Source of the DNA: Guillardia theta CCMP2712
Taxonomy: Eukaryota > Protista > Cryptophyta
Direction: 5' to 3'
Length of the DNA: 64,000 nt
Assembly (NCBI RefSeq): GCF_000315625.1
Contig: NW_005434626.1
Location: 321,448 to 385,447 of the forward strand
Shown: positions 36,181 to 48,485 of the stretch, one piece after another
How the letters are laid out: each line of letters opens with the position of its first letter
Numbering within the stretch: position 1 is the stretch's first letter
The notes under the pieces: model-generated
The model's database searches: none
Told to the model about the DNA's origin: nothing
What the model saw: the letters and a program-made list of their open reading frames with translations, nothing else
Translations under genes and position numbers: made by a program

Positions 36181-37945
36181 CTATACGTGAGCCAGGGCGG
36201 GTCGGACTACAAGGAGGGTACATACAGCACCACACGCGATGAGGAACCAGGCGTGGTTTAGCTCGTACTTGGGCTGCTTCACGATGACGGACAGCATGAT
36301 CCCGCACTGCAGAGCATGAGAAGCGAGCAGCATAAGGTCTCAGGCGACTCACCAGGACCAGCAGACCGGAGGGGATGTAGTCGAATGAAAATGGTTTTGA
36401 AAAAGCGACGAAGGACAGAACGATGGTGATAACTTTCCTGAAGCCCTTGATGTCATTGTGTGCCAACATGTCAACGACAAGACAGACAGACCTACACGAT
36501 GTGACGCAGATGGCGACAACTCCGCCGAACCCTTGAATGAGCCCGAGGTAGAAACTCACACTTAGGTACTGCGCAAGCGCCTGCCAAGGTCTGTCAGGTG
36601 CCTGGAGGTGTGACGTCACCGCACGTACCTGCAGTAAAAGCAATCCTCCGATCTCGAACTGTACAGGCGTCATCGCAACCCTGATGCTCCTGCTCCTGCT
36701 CCTGCTCCTTCTCCTTCTCCTGCCCCTGCTCCTCCGCTTCTTCCTCATTCATCCCTACACCATATCCTACCCAACACTTCCTCCAGTCCTCTCACCTTGT
36801 TCTGGATCAGGTTGATAGCCTTGAACATCTCCCCAGTGACACATATCAGCATGAGGACCCACACGGCCGCCATGAGGTTGGAAGCAAGCATCATCTGTTC
36901 CTTGGAGCACTGCAGCTGACGTCCTGGGGTCACTCCGCACCCACCACAGGACATCCGATCCTCCTCACCTGTCGCAATATCCTCTCTTGAAGGTTCACAG
37001 TGATGGCGTCTCCTGCAACAGCTCCGGAGAGTAGGAGGATGCCGATGGGATCGAACTTTGGTGAGACTTTGCTGTCGACCAGAGTGAAGGAGGCAACCCC
37101 GGTGCACAACATGAAGGCAGAGATGTACTCCATGGGAGTGTACGTCCTGAACGGATCAAGTTACTGGGAGGGAGAGAGGGGAGGGAGGCAGGCAGGCGAG
37201 GAGAGAAGGGGGAGGGGAAGGAAGAACGGTGGGGAAGGGGAAGGGACAGCAAGAGAGAGGGGAGGAAGAGAGAGAAGGAGCGGGAGGGGAGGGTTGGGGA
37301 GGAAGCACCTCTTGAGGATCAAGATTCCAAGCGCCATGGTAGGGATCAACTTGCTGGACTTCATGACGACTTTTACCGGGAAGTTGACATAGGAGAGCGA
37401 GATGGACCCGAATCCTTGAGTGATGGCGAGCACGACGGTCAAGCTCAGGTACTGCTTCCAGTCGATGCTCCTGATCTCGTTGTACCGCCCCTCATGCCAG
37501 AGCTGCAGCCATGCGGCAACCACGAAGATAAGGAGCTCCCATAGCGTCATGAACCAGCCGTAGTCGAACCCCTCATAGCGGAACACGAGCTCCTGAGTCA
37601 AACAGCATGAGAAAGTTGCGGTGTCAACAATGAGCATGTTCTGGAGCAGACACAAGAATCATAACTCACCTGAACAAAATCATGGATGACCCCTAGTGAG
37701 AACACCCCCAGCACCAGCAACAGGAACTGGAGCCATCGAGGGCCCTTCAGCTCCCACTTGAGGATGGTGATCCTCGTCGGAGAGTTCTTGGCCTCTGCAT
37801 CATCCTCATACCTCTTCCCCTCATGCTTCCCTTGCCGATGGTGCATCTGATCCGAGCCGTTGCTTGGCGAGTCTGCCTTCCAACCTGTCTCTGCTCCGCT
37901 GTCCACGTTCACCCTGGCTAGCTCAGACGCTTCATGCATCCTCAT
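36181..37945 (-). CDS. Nucleotide-sugar/PAPS transporter, SLC35B (UAA) family, PAPST2-like
   Basis: SLSYVNFPVKVVMKSSKLIPTM, GILLLSGAVAGDAITVNLQE, FGGVVAICVTSC/RKVITIVLSFVAFSKPF; multi-exon; ends ALAHV*. Confidence 0.9.
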
Positions 37946-38165
37946 CCTCACACTTGAGCCATGGCGACACTTGGTTCGGCTGATCCACGCTGCTCCTCCT
38001 CCTCCTCCCCCTCTCACCCCCTGGCCGACCGCTCTTCCAGCATGTCCACCAGCTCACGTCAGATGTTTTAACCTCATCCCCACTAAGTCCCGTCGTAATG
38101 CTGACGGGATGCTGGACGGAATGCTGAATCCTCCTGCCCCCTCCTTCCTGCCCTCTTACATCCGC

Positions 38166-38450
38166 CTCCGTCTCCTCCGTCTCCTCCGTCTCCTCCGTCT
38201 CCTCCGTCTCCTCCGTCTCCTCCGTCTCCTCCGTCTCCTCCGTCTCCTCCGTCTCCTCCGTCTCCTCCGTCTCCTCCGTCTCCTCCGTCTCCTCCGTCTC
38301 CTCCGTCTCCTCCGTCTCCTCCGTCTCCTCCGTCTCCTCCGTCTCCTCCGTCTCCTCCGTCTCCTCCGTCTCCTCCGTCTCCTCCGTCTCCTCCGTCTCC
38401 TCCGTCTCCTCCCTCTTGTCCCTCTTGTCCCTCTTGTCCCTCTCGTCCCT
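38166..38450 (+). repeat. (CTCCGTCTC)n 9-bp microsatellite, ~27 copies, followed by ~4 x CCCTCTTGT
   Basis: Directly visible. Confidence 0.95.
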
Positions 38451-38453
38451 CTC

Positions 38454-38832
38454 CTTGTTCTCCTGAGCTTCTTCGATTCCCTTCCTCTGTTGTCTGCTTT
38501 ACCCCCACGACTTCGACTCGTCCTCCATGTTGTTGTGTCCCACATGACCACATTTCTCATCCCCTGCATTTCCTCCCTCCTTCCTTGGGTACAAGTAGAC
38601 ATCGTGACCTCTCCCAGCATTGCCGCCTCTGTTAGCAGCTTGTTCTCCTGAGCTTCTTCGATTCCCTTCCTCTGTTGTCTGCTTTACCCCCATGACTTCG
38701 ACTCGTCCTCCATGTTGTTGTATCCCACATGACCACATTTCTCATCCCCTGCATTTCCTCCCTCCTTCCTTGGGTACAAGTAGACATCGTGACCTCTCCC
38801 AGCATTGCCGCCTCTGTTAGCAGCTTGTTCTC
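38454..38832 (+). repeat. 185-bp tandem duplication (2 near-identical copies)
   Basis: tgttctcctgagcttcttcg.. begins at 38456 and 38641, with a third partial start at 38826. Confidence 0.93.
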
Positions 38833-38885
38833 TCCTCAACTGACTCTCTTCGTGCTCTCAGTGTCTCGACGTCTCTCCGATCAGC

Positions 38886-39878
38886 ATGGAAGGGCCAGGG
38901 CGGGAGGCTTCAACGGGGGGCATGCAAGTCCACAGCTGCGACACCATTACAGACCTATCGGACATCAAGTCCAAGGCAAAGTTCTACATGGCGTCCAACA
39001 AACCCGTCCTGTTCAAGCAGGGGGCTAACAGTTGGCAGGCATGCAACAAGTGGAACTTTGAGTTCTTCTGCTCGGGGGCGCTAGGGGAGACGATGGTCGA
39101 GGTCTCGATGGACGGCAAAGAGCGAGGGCAGAAGGGCAAAATGAGTCTCAGAGACTACGTCTCCTCGTTCCGCTCAGGCGCAGAAGCAGGAGGCAGACAG
39201 CCAGCCAACAGCGTGGAGGATACGAAGGAGGAGGAAAGAGGGAGAGAGCAGGAGCAGGAGCAAGCCTCACGGCTCGACTACAAGCCTTACATGCGAGCTT
39301 GGTACTTCCAGGAAGATCATCCGGAGCTGCTCCAAGACTTTCCTAATCCTCCTGAGTGCTTTCCCGACAAGTTCAAGGCTCTTGCTACAGAGTTCCAGCC
39401 TCCTTTCACTTGGATCTTCATCGGACCTCAAGGCGCCTTTTCTCCCCTCCACCGAGACATCTGGTACACGTGCGCATGGATGGCGCAGTTCCAAGGGAGA
39501 AAGCGCTTCCTTTTCGTTCCTCCCAAGGACCTCAAGCTGGTCTATCGCAAGCTCGAGGATAAGGAGGAATACCTGGACCTGCGGGCCCCGGATCTGGAGC
39601 GTTTCCCTTCCTACCGACACGCGAACTTCATCGAGGCCGTGCTAGAACCTGGCGACCTGCTGTACATTCCTAGCAGATGGCCGCACTTTGTTGAGTGCCT
39701 TACCGACTCAGTCTCTCTGACCAGCAACTTTGCCAACGTCGTTAACTTCAAGCATGTTCTGATCCCTTACACCCGCTGGCTGGAGAAGCGACAGGCCGCC
39801 ATCCAGCTCATGAAGGGAATCATGAAGATGCAGCTGCGATCCTCGGGGGAAGATGGGGAACAACAAGGATTGTTGTGA
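38886..39878 (+). CDS. JmjC-domain (cupin-like, JMJD4/JMJD6-type) hydroxylase, intronless
   Basis: NKPVLF..W.A..KW; WIFIGPQGAFSPLHRD (HxD), GRKRF, LEPGDLLYIPSRWPHFVECL (distal His). Confidence 0.92.
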   Translation: MEGPGREASTGGMQVHSCDTITDLSDIKSKAKFYMASNKPVLFKQGANSWQACNKWNFEFFCSGALGETMVEVSMDGKERGQKGKMSLRDYVSSFRSGAEAGGRQPANSVEDTKEEERGREQEQEQASRLDYKPYMRAWYFQEDHPELLQDFPNPPECFPDKFKALATEFQPPFTWIFIGPQGAFSPLHRDIWYTCAWMAQFQGRKRFLFVPPKDLKLVYRKLEDKEEYLDLRAPDLERFPSYRHANFIEAVLEPGDLLYIPSRWPHFVECLTDSVSLTSNFANVVNFKHVLIPYTRWLEKRQAAIQLMKGIMKMQLRSSGEDGEQQGLL

Positions 39879-40204
39879 TGACGGGGGGGAGAGGAGGAGG
39901 GGGAGGAGGGGGAGGAGGAGGGGGAGGAGGAAGGCGGAAGGGAGCATGTCTAGACCGTCGCCGTTGGTGGGTAACACACTTTTGAGCTGTCATGCAAACT
40001 TGTAGAACTTCAGAGTTTCTTAAGGGGAAAAAGCAGTATTCTAGCAGTATGAAGCAGCTTAATCGATGCAGTGATATTTGCTTGTGGTACGGCAGACAAA
40101 ACAAGGCTAGATAACGCGATCGAGGAGAACAATACCCAATCTACCTCCAGGTCATGACGTGGCAATAACTATGTCTCCGTATAAAGTGCGAATGTTGTAG
40201 AGGA

Positions 40205-42391
40205 TTAATCGATCTTGATGGCAGAGTAGATGGTGCGGATGAAGACGAAACTTGCAAGGAATCCCAGCTGAAAAACCAAGAATGTCAGGCGAAAGAGCAG
40301 GACGAGAATAGTCACGTACCGCTCCAGTGATCAAGAAGAAAGCGAATCCAACGATAAACATATAGCAGACATACAAGAAGGCCGCGAGAGCCCGTGCCAT
40401 CTATCAAGCCCTGTCAGAAATCCAGCTTCATCGCCATACTCAATTTTTACCTGAAGTTTGCTGTAGGCATAATAAATGGAATACAAAAACACATAAAACG
40501 AGCAGCTCCCCGAGGTGAAGAAAGATCTCCACCACCAATGATAATCCTCACAGCAGAGCTGCAGCATCAAACAGATCAGGAGAATCAGGTGAATCATCCA
40601 ACAGCACCTGGAGGTAGCAGAGCACCACTGTAACCTCGCAGCAAGTGAGGAACAAGATACCCAGAACCTTAGCCAACCAAGTGAGTCAACCTACATGATC
40701 GCTTGTAAGGCTTACCAAGAGAAGAAACCCGAACAAGTAATAGAACTGGTGAAGCCAGATAGATGACAGCACGTAGAAAACTTCAACAAAGACCGCGCCG
40801 AACGGCAAGATACCACCGACAATAATGGTGCACCATGTGCTCACGTAGAAGGGCTGCTCTGGAACTTGGCGGGGGATCTGGTTTGTCCTGACAGGATTCT
40901 CGATGGGCTGCTTGCGATATCCAAAGAAGGCTCCAATAAGCACCAGGGAACGGAAATACCCAACCACATCAACAGAAGAGCAAACAAAGTTCCGAATGGA
41001 ACAGCGCCCGATGACTTCTGACCCCAGATTGCAAGATTCAAGATGAAGAAGATGCAGAAGCTGATGCCAGGAAAGAGCATAGCGGTCCAGAGAGCATTGC
41101 TCCTCCACCTGTTTCCCTTGAACATGCGGAAGAATCTTGCCGCAGTGTATCCTCCAAACATCCCCATGAAAACGAAAATGAAGAGCATGGCCTGCATGAG
41201 AGCACCACGATTGGCAGGAGAAAGGAATCCAAGGCATGCAAACATGACGAGGAAAACTGTGGAGACAGCCAACTGCACGCCGGTTCCTACCAACACGGAG
41301 AGCCACCCGGCCATAACGGGGGCACGGAAAACGTCACCGTGAACAAGCTTCCATCCGGTTTCCTCCTGTCCATCTTCAAGGAGATCATTTCTCTCATACC
41401 TCTGGAAATCACGCTTGATCGTGTTGATCATGATCATGGCGACGATACCAGAAAGGAACAAGACAATCATGAAGGAGTTGAGGATGGAGAACCAGTGGAC
41501 CTGGGCATCATCCGCAGCGTTGAGGTATGTGTCCCAGCGAGTGGACCAGCGGATGGGGGAAGGCTTGAAGATCACATCATAACTCCAGATCACTTCCAGT
41601 GGTTTCTTGGACTCGGTGTTGATGGCCAAGGGCTCGTTGTTCACAGTTACCGGCTGGGTGGAGGTGCAAGTATTGAGTTTGCACCTGTGCTCCGAAACCT
41701 GGTTGACGCATTCATCCCAATCAACGAGATTGTCATACGTGTGCTTGATGCTGAGAGGCTCCACCTCAAAGCCCACAACGCGTCTCTTGGAAGAGCCATG
41801 GTAGTCATTGTAGAGGATGGTGAAACGGAGATGGTTGAACAGGTAAATCTGGGGGGACTTGAGCTTTCCTCCCTTGCCGTCTTCTTCCTGGACATGACCG
41901 ATAGGATACCCTACTTCATACATTTTTGTCGTGGTCTTGTCCTCATTCTGCGAGAATAGAGCCATCGCCACGGGCAAATTGTCCAAGAGGAGATTCACAC
42001 GGTAATCTTCCTCGATCATCAAGGCAAAGGCTTTCTGCTCCTGAGCATCATAGACAGATCTGCAGAGAATTTTGCAGGTCTGATCGTTGCCCATCTTGAA
42101 GTTGTAGGGAGTCTCATAGATACGAGATCCACGCAGGACCTCACCGAGGTTCAAGGCATCTTGAACCTTGAGGTTTACTCCCTTATGGCAGAATGGCAGG
42201 ACATAGTATTCGTAGGGAAGCTGGGTCTTGACAGACGTGAGAGCCTCCACCTTCACTTTCATGGCATCGCCGATGTCATAGTCAGTAGGTGCAACACCAG
42301 GAAGGTAGAAGGCTGCTGCTGCGTTGAACAAGAAGACAGTAACTACACAAAACAGCATGCCTTCCCGTATGCTGAAAGATCTTCCCGACAT
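40205..42391 (-). CDS. Transmembrane 9 superfamily (EMP70/nonaspanin) protein, with an apparent 1-nt frameshift near 40947
   Basis: Signal + [67 protein letters not shown]-terminal IYSAIKID*. Confidence 0.93.
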
Positions 42392-43039
42392 GATCCGTAA
42401 AGACCTGTACAACAATGTGTGAATAATATCGCAAAGCTCAACTGCTGCCAAAAAGGTTCAAATTTTCATGCAGCGCAGCTTTGCAAAGATCAGTTTTTGC
42501 TGTGCAAAACATGAATCTCCCTGGAAACTGCAACCGATCTTTCCGTGTTCCTCACTTCCTATAGATTCCTCCGCCACTGGATCATACTAAGTCCTACCAT
42601 TGTCATCTACAGCGCTTGTTGCAAGTATCAGAACTTCCTATGGGTAACTTATGCATGCAAGGGGAGGATCGCAAGTAGAAAGCATACTACACGACGGCGC
42701 CAAATCTGCTGACAAAACCCACAGATCGCAATGAAAATTAGGTGCACTTTAAATAAAAATCAGATGAATGTTAGATACGTCATTATCAAATCATTTTGCT
42801 TAAGGACACTATGAGAAGAAAATGGATTTTTGACGCACCATACAAGAATTTCGTGCTGGTGCGGGAGTTTGGGTACCATTAGTTGGATGGTCAGAGATGG
42901 AGGTGCATGGAGTATCACAGGGAGGAAAAAGAATCTCAGCAAAGATCAGAAGAATGATAATGAGCATGAATGAACGTCCATCGCGCCATTAGCGGCTCCC
43001 CCCACTCCAACTGAGGGGCCCATGGCGGGAGACGCCGAC

Positions 43040-43750
43040 GCGGCAGCCCCCACCACCTGCAGGGCGGTGGGACTTAGGGGGTAGGGGTGGTAGCTGTTGG
43101 GGTAGTTTGCTGCCTATCAACCCTACAAAGTCACTCTGGGGTGCTCATAAAAGGGGGTGGAGGGGTACGCATGATAAGGGTAAATAGGCAGCAGGGTGAT
43201 ACTATCCAACGAGATACAAAGTAAGGTATAGGGATAGCGATATTTATATAATAGCAAACATAGAAAATCATCAGTCTACGTATATCTCCTATTGACTCAA
43301 TCTTGTGATTTTTTGTAGAATCTAGGGGTCATCCAGGTTCTTGGGGGGTGGGCAGGACCCGTGATCGCCTGCTGGGGTGTGCATTATCCAGGTGGGGTGG
43401 GTGGGTACCTAGATCGGTGGTAGGGTAGTCCTGCACGGAGAATGGTGCGTTGTCTGCAGTAGGGTAGATGGAGGGATACCCTGATTTACTTATTGGTCTA
43501 ATTGAATAATCTTTATGCTATGCCCCCATAGACAGAAAAGTCTTTTAGTCACCATGGGGAAACTTGGAGACGATGATAACTGGGGTAGAAGGCTGTAGAA
43601 CGGGGTCCATCTCGTGAAGATGAACAAGTACCCATGGATATTCCAGGATTTGAATATCATAACAACGGGTGTAAGTTAGAAATTATGAAAAGATAGGGGT
43701 AGAAGCAGCGAGGGGGTGGGTTGGGGGTGTACGGGAGTTAAGGTGGATTA
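43040..43750. repeat. GGGGT motif array upstream of TM9SF (left bracket of accessory island)
   Basis: gggggtaggggtgg, ggggtag, ggggtac, ggggtgggtgggtac, ggggggtgggttgggggtg; G on + strand. Confidence 0.65.
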
Positions 43751-43775
43751 GGTTTTGGGAATTGCCTAATAAAAG

Positions 43776-44760
43776 GTGACCGGGGCCGGCCCGGCCGGTT
43801 CTGGGCCCCGCGCCAGTCCGGCCGTCACTCCCGGACGGAAGTTTACTCAAACGGTTAAGTTAAAATCCGAGTACGAGGCCCTGAGCGAGACTAGTAGGAG
43901 CTCGGAGCCTCGGAGGCCGAGCCTCGGAGCGCGGCAGCTCCGAGTCCCTGAGCGCGGCAGCTCCGAGTCCCTGAGCCGCCGGCGGCGCGGCGCCGCCGGC
44001 GGCGCGGCGCCGCCGGCGGCGCGAGCGCTCACAGAGTCAGTACGCCGCGGGCCGGTCTGTCACTGTCACACGATCGGACAGAATGAGGGTGACGGCGTAC
44101 CAGTACGCGGCCCACCGTCACACTGATGCCAAGTCGGACCGTACCGTCGCGCCTCTTGCCACTGCTTGAAGTCACTGAGTTGCCTCCAACGGTCCTGGCA
44201 TCATAGTATCATGACCGTGACTCTCCGAGGCTCACGGTGCCACGGTGGCTCCTCTGGCACTGACTGGCCGGTCGGACCCGCGGCGCCGCGGTACGTCCGA
44301 TCCGAGCAGTACCGTACGGTATGGTACGGTCTCGACGGCCGCGCGGCCCTGGAGCTCATCAGTATAAACCCGGGCAGTCCGATCGGACGATCCGAAGCGG
44401 CGGTCACGGGTTGCAGGCGGGGTCTTCAAGGCTCAGTTCGGGCCCGGTGCCCGTTGACTTCGTCACTGAGTCACCGTTACTAAGCCCGAGTGAACTAATA
44501 GGCTAGTACGGTAGTACGAGGTAAGTTTGATAGATAAACTTCAGAGTCTTCAGAGTCTAGAGTCTAGAGTCTAACTGCCGAGTTCAGAGTCTATAAGTCT
44601 ACCGGGCAGCGAAGCTCTCGGACGCCGCCGTTCCTTCAAGCGGCTGAGCGTCCGCATCCAGCCGCTCCCGGGGTGGTAGTCAGTCCGGGACTCAGTCCTG
44701 CCCAGCAAAGCTGGCCGATCATCGGACCGTGGCACGACGGTGCCCGGCCGACGCCGTGTC
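43776..44760. other. Largest GC-rich micro-palindrome block
   Basis: Direct repeat gagcgcggcagctccgagtccct x2; gccgccggcggcgcggcgccgccggcggcgcggcgccgccggcggc; gtaccgtacggta; cgtcactgagtcacc; (agagtct) x4. Confidence 0.65.
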
Positions 44761-44956
44761 CAGGAGCCTAGCTAGGGCCGATGTGATGCATACATCCCCT
44801 CCAGGCCGGGCAGTTACATCCCCTCAAGGCAGTTACGTGAGATGCTTGAGTCTTGAATGGAGAGTCGGAAGACACGTAGGAGATGCCGAACAAGTTGCTA
44901 AAGTCAAGACATGCGAGAATGAGGCGTCTCCCGAGGCCGCCGACACTGTCAGCCCT

Positions 44957-45200
44957 TCATTCATGCGGGGTTGAACAATTCTTGAGGAAACCCTGTTCAC
45001 AAACGTTAGTTTCCTCGATCAGGGATGTGCCCAACGTTAACTCATCCAGTGCGCGGGCGACCAGGCGATTGGTCATGGCCGAGTACCTCTGGATAAAGCT
45101 AGACATCGATTCCTTGGGTCCGTGCTTCATGTCCCGAAGAGATGGCATCAGCTTCATCAGAAAGTCCGGTGACAACCATTGTTATGCTTCCAATAACATC
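44957..45200 (-). pseudogene. Possible retrotransposon gag relic
   Basis: SLRDMKHGPKESMSSFIQRYSAM resembles the gag L..LKQG..ESV..YI.RF motif; in-frame stop just upstream; no pol nearby. Confidence 0.4.
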
Positions 45201-45896
45201 CGTTCAGTCTTCTTGCTCTTGCGCGCTCCTATGCGCATCCAAGCCCGCGGAGCTGACGGTCTCCGAGTCCTGCGGTTCCATCTGGTCGCGTGATCAAAGA
45301 GTGCGCTGCTTGACTGCCTTGGAACAGAATGTCTCGGCTCCTTCCAATTGCCTCTTCCTCCAACTCCTCTGCCCTTGCAGGCCGAGCTCCTCCTGCTGAC
45401 ACCGACTACTCCAACTTTTTCCTGTGGTGCTGCCGTTGCTCGCGAGACTAAACCGTGACAGCAACGTCTCCCTAAGAGAGCATCTGGCCTCTGAGAAGTC
45501 AGGCCGGGGTATTCATCGTGTGTACCTTTGTGCGCATTGCTTTCAAAGTCAGGACGTGAATCTCCTGTTCCTGTCTGACCCTCCACACACAAGAAGAGAA
45601 GCAGAGAAAGAGAGTTTTACCAGCACACACTCACACAACACTACAACTGCCTGACCTTGCCTAGAACCAAGACGTCCTCGGACAGGGTGGGACAGCAGAG
45701 GCCTTGCCGCGGGGAGGAGTTTAAAATCTCGCAGTGTTTAAAACTTTGAAAGCTCCAACAAGTACAACAGGGAACAATGCATACAACATGCTACATACTT
45801 CTTCCCTGGCCAACATCACTTCTTCGTCTTATTTCTTTCTTTTGAAGCTGCTTACAGTTTCATTACTTTTCCCTTGTGCCTTGATCTCTTTGAAGA

Positions 45897-48485
45897 TCAT
45901 TCATTGCTGCAGAATGGTTGAGTATCGATTCCAACCTCCACGATCATCAGCACTTTTCTCTTGACCGCACCAACCTCCGCTTGCTCATGGATGCCTTTTC
46001 CGATTTTACTGACCGACCGTGTGCCTGATGCGTCATTCTGAATTGAAAAGGTGCTCCAGCCTTCTCGATTGAGATGCAGTACAAGCCACTCTGTCTTGTA
46101 GCTAGCTTTCCTGTGACTGATATATTGTTGAATGACGCTCTCTGTGATTGTCTCTGATAACTCCAGAACCATGAACACATAAACATCGAGGTCCTTACTC
46201 AAGAGGCGAGAGATCGCCTTTGAAAACTGTTTTCTACTTAGAGGTGTCTTCCAATTCTTGAACTCCACTCCTCCCTCCAAAGGTTTGTCGCTTGCACAGG
46301 TTGGTCCTGTAAAGGCATCGTCCCTGCCCTTTCTGTCCCTGTTTCGGATGTAAAAGCCCATGAACGGCGAAGCTGCACTCTCCTGCTCATCCGATAGCAC
46401 AGGAGCTAAGTTAGACATGCAGGTCTTCAGGATTTCCACGAAGCTTGCTTTGTTTGCGAGAGAAGCAAGAATCTCATCGACACTTCGCTTGTCGTTTTGA
46501 ATACCGCAGTGAAAAGCGATATTCTTCAGAAGGTCCTGAGGGGGAGACCAGCTGCTGATCATCATGACGACTGCACCAAACGACTTCAACTCGTCTCCAC
46601 CTGACTTGTACGCATCCACATTAATGGGATTACTCCAAACTGCCTTCTGCTTGTGGATGCCCTGCAAGACCTCGAGCGCTGATCGTCGAGAGAAAGGGAG
46701 CCCTCCCCCAGCACAAACAGCCACGGTGATGGGGTCACGCAAGGCGCTAGGAAAACACGAGTTCAGATCGGGGAGACGAGTGCCCTTGATTCTCATTTCC
46801 TCATCGTCTTGTTCTTGGGTCAGAACAAGCATAGATTCACTGCTGCCTCGCAGTGGCGGTTTACTCTGCCGCACATTCAGCTGAGCAAACCCTTTGGAGA
46901 TGTGCAACTGAGAGACAGGGCTGTGCGCGGATATCTGAAACATGCAATAGATAGATTCGTCCATTAGGTTCCTTTTGATCCGCTTCACTTCTTCGAGGAC
47001 CTTGCTGGAGACCGTTCGCATCAAACTGCATGGAACGGTATCCCCTTCTTTTTTCAAATACTTCAAAAACAGCGAGCAGAGCCATGGATTGACGTTGTCC
47101 AGCAGCTCATCGAGCCGTGCCTCTGCAAATACCCTTGTCATCGCTTCTTTGTCCTGGTTCGACGACAGCAGGTATCTAGGAAGCGAGCGATGCGTCAAGC
47201 ACACCATCATTCGACCTTCATGGCGACTGTGCTCGTAGACAGGCTTTGAGATCCTATCCATATTCATGGCCGCACTATTCGTCCCTAGCATAATGCAGTG
47301 AATTCCTGCGGTTGTCAACACCCTCTTGACGAGCATCAGCTTCGCGATCGCTGTGTAGTCCTGCTCATCAGGAATGGTCTCATCCATTAGAACCAGCCGC
47401 CGTTCCCATGTCCTAGCTTTCTGCACAGAAACTGGGGCAACTGTAGTCGTCTCATTCCACAAGTAGCCCAGAGCTCCCAGTATGTACCACGTTTGTCGAA
47501 AATCTGTGACATCCAAAGCTGACAAACTGACAGATTCAATACTCGAGGTAGGAGGTGCAGACTGCACCAACAAGCGCAGGTCGGTATTGATGGCCAACGC
47601 CATGAGATCTGTGATGCTTTCTACGTAAGAGTACATGAGCCGCACCATGTCTGGGTTCGAAGGGCGGAAAAGGAAGTAGATACATTCTTCTGGATGTCGA
47701 ACAAAGAAATCGGCAGCGCACAGCGACTTCCCACTGCCAGAACAAGCTTCAATCATACATAAGTGAGTGGAAGCTGTAAATTCCATTTCAGTCTCCATCA
47801 GTTTGTCGATTGGGTTCATTGCGCTGAAAAGCTGGCTCGCTCTTACCCCTGACGATTCCATTGTGTTTTCACCATCAAGAACAATGATAAGATATCGCCG
47901 CAGGGACGACAATATACTGTGCATCTCAACTTTGTTGGCAAGCCGCTGAATAGCTACCGATCAAACGTTCAGAAGTTATTGGGGCTCATGTTCAGACTCA
48001 CCTGTAAAGAAGTTTCCTGTTTCACCGTACATTCGATGAACGACGCCCTCACAAGCTTGTCTGAGATCTTTCTCGACAGTTGCTACCGAGATTTCTAGAC
48101 TTGCATCCTCAAGATGGTAGCGAGCGCTTGATATTTTGATCTTGTCTCCTGTGCTTTCAGCCTCCCGAAGCCCTGCCTCTCTGACTTTCTGCTGAGCCCT
48201 TGCGATCTTGCTCTCGTCTCCTGTGCTTTCAGCCGGCCTGTTATGCTCACTGTTCTTCTCACCTCCACCATCATTTCCTCCTCGTATCCGAAGACAAGAG
48301 CGCTGACAAACCGTGCTCTGCTCGCGATCGAACCGTTGGGGGGGTCCAGGAAGGAAACACAATCCCTGCAGGAACAACACAAGTTCAAGAAGCTTCTATC
48401 TAGCATTGAGGTTGATGTCTACCTCTGAGCTCGAAATGATGATTGAGCTCAACCAAAGGAATCCAAGAGGCGATACGAGCGACAT
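45897..48485 (-). CDS. Signal peptide + LRIRGG + P-loop NTPase + PD-(D/E)xK-like nuclease protein (Crinkler/RHS-like architecture), ~827 aa, 3 exons
   Basis: Exons 48485-48423, 48365-48002, 47953-45897 are joined in frame by GT-AG introns; MSLVSPLGFLWLSSIIISSSEG-LCF..CLRIRGG; Walker A ACSGSGKS, Walker B LVLMDE, LGTNS; C-terminal GRDDAF...GVEFKNW. Confidence 0.75.

Noticed and set aside
37860-38651. ORFs with (RLL)n, (GGD)n or poly-Arg
   Set aside because: Translations of a stop-free 9-bp microsatellite in an intergenic region
38454-38832. Possible CRISPR array or LTR pair
   Set aside because: Adjacent 185-bp tandem copies without spacers or internal coding region; eukaryotic context
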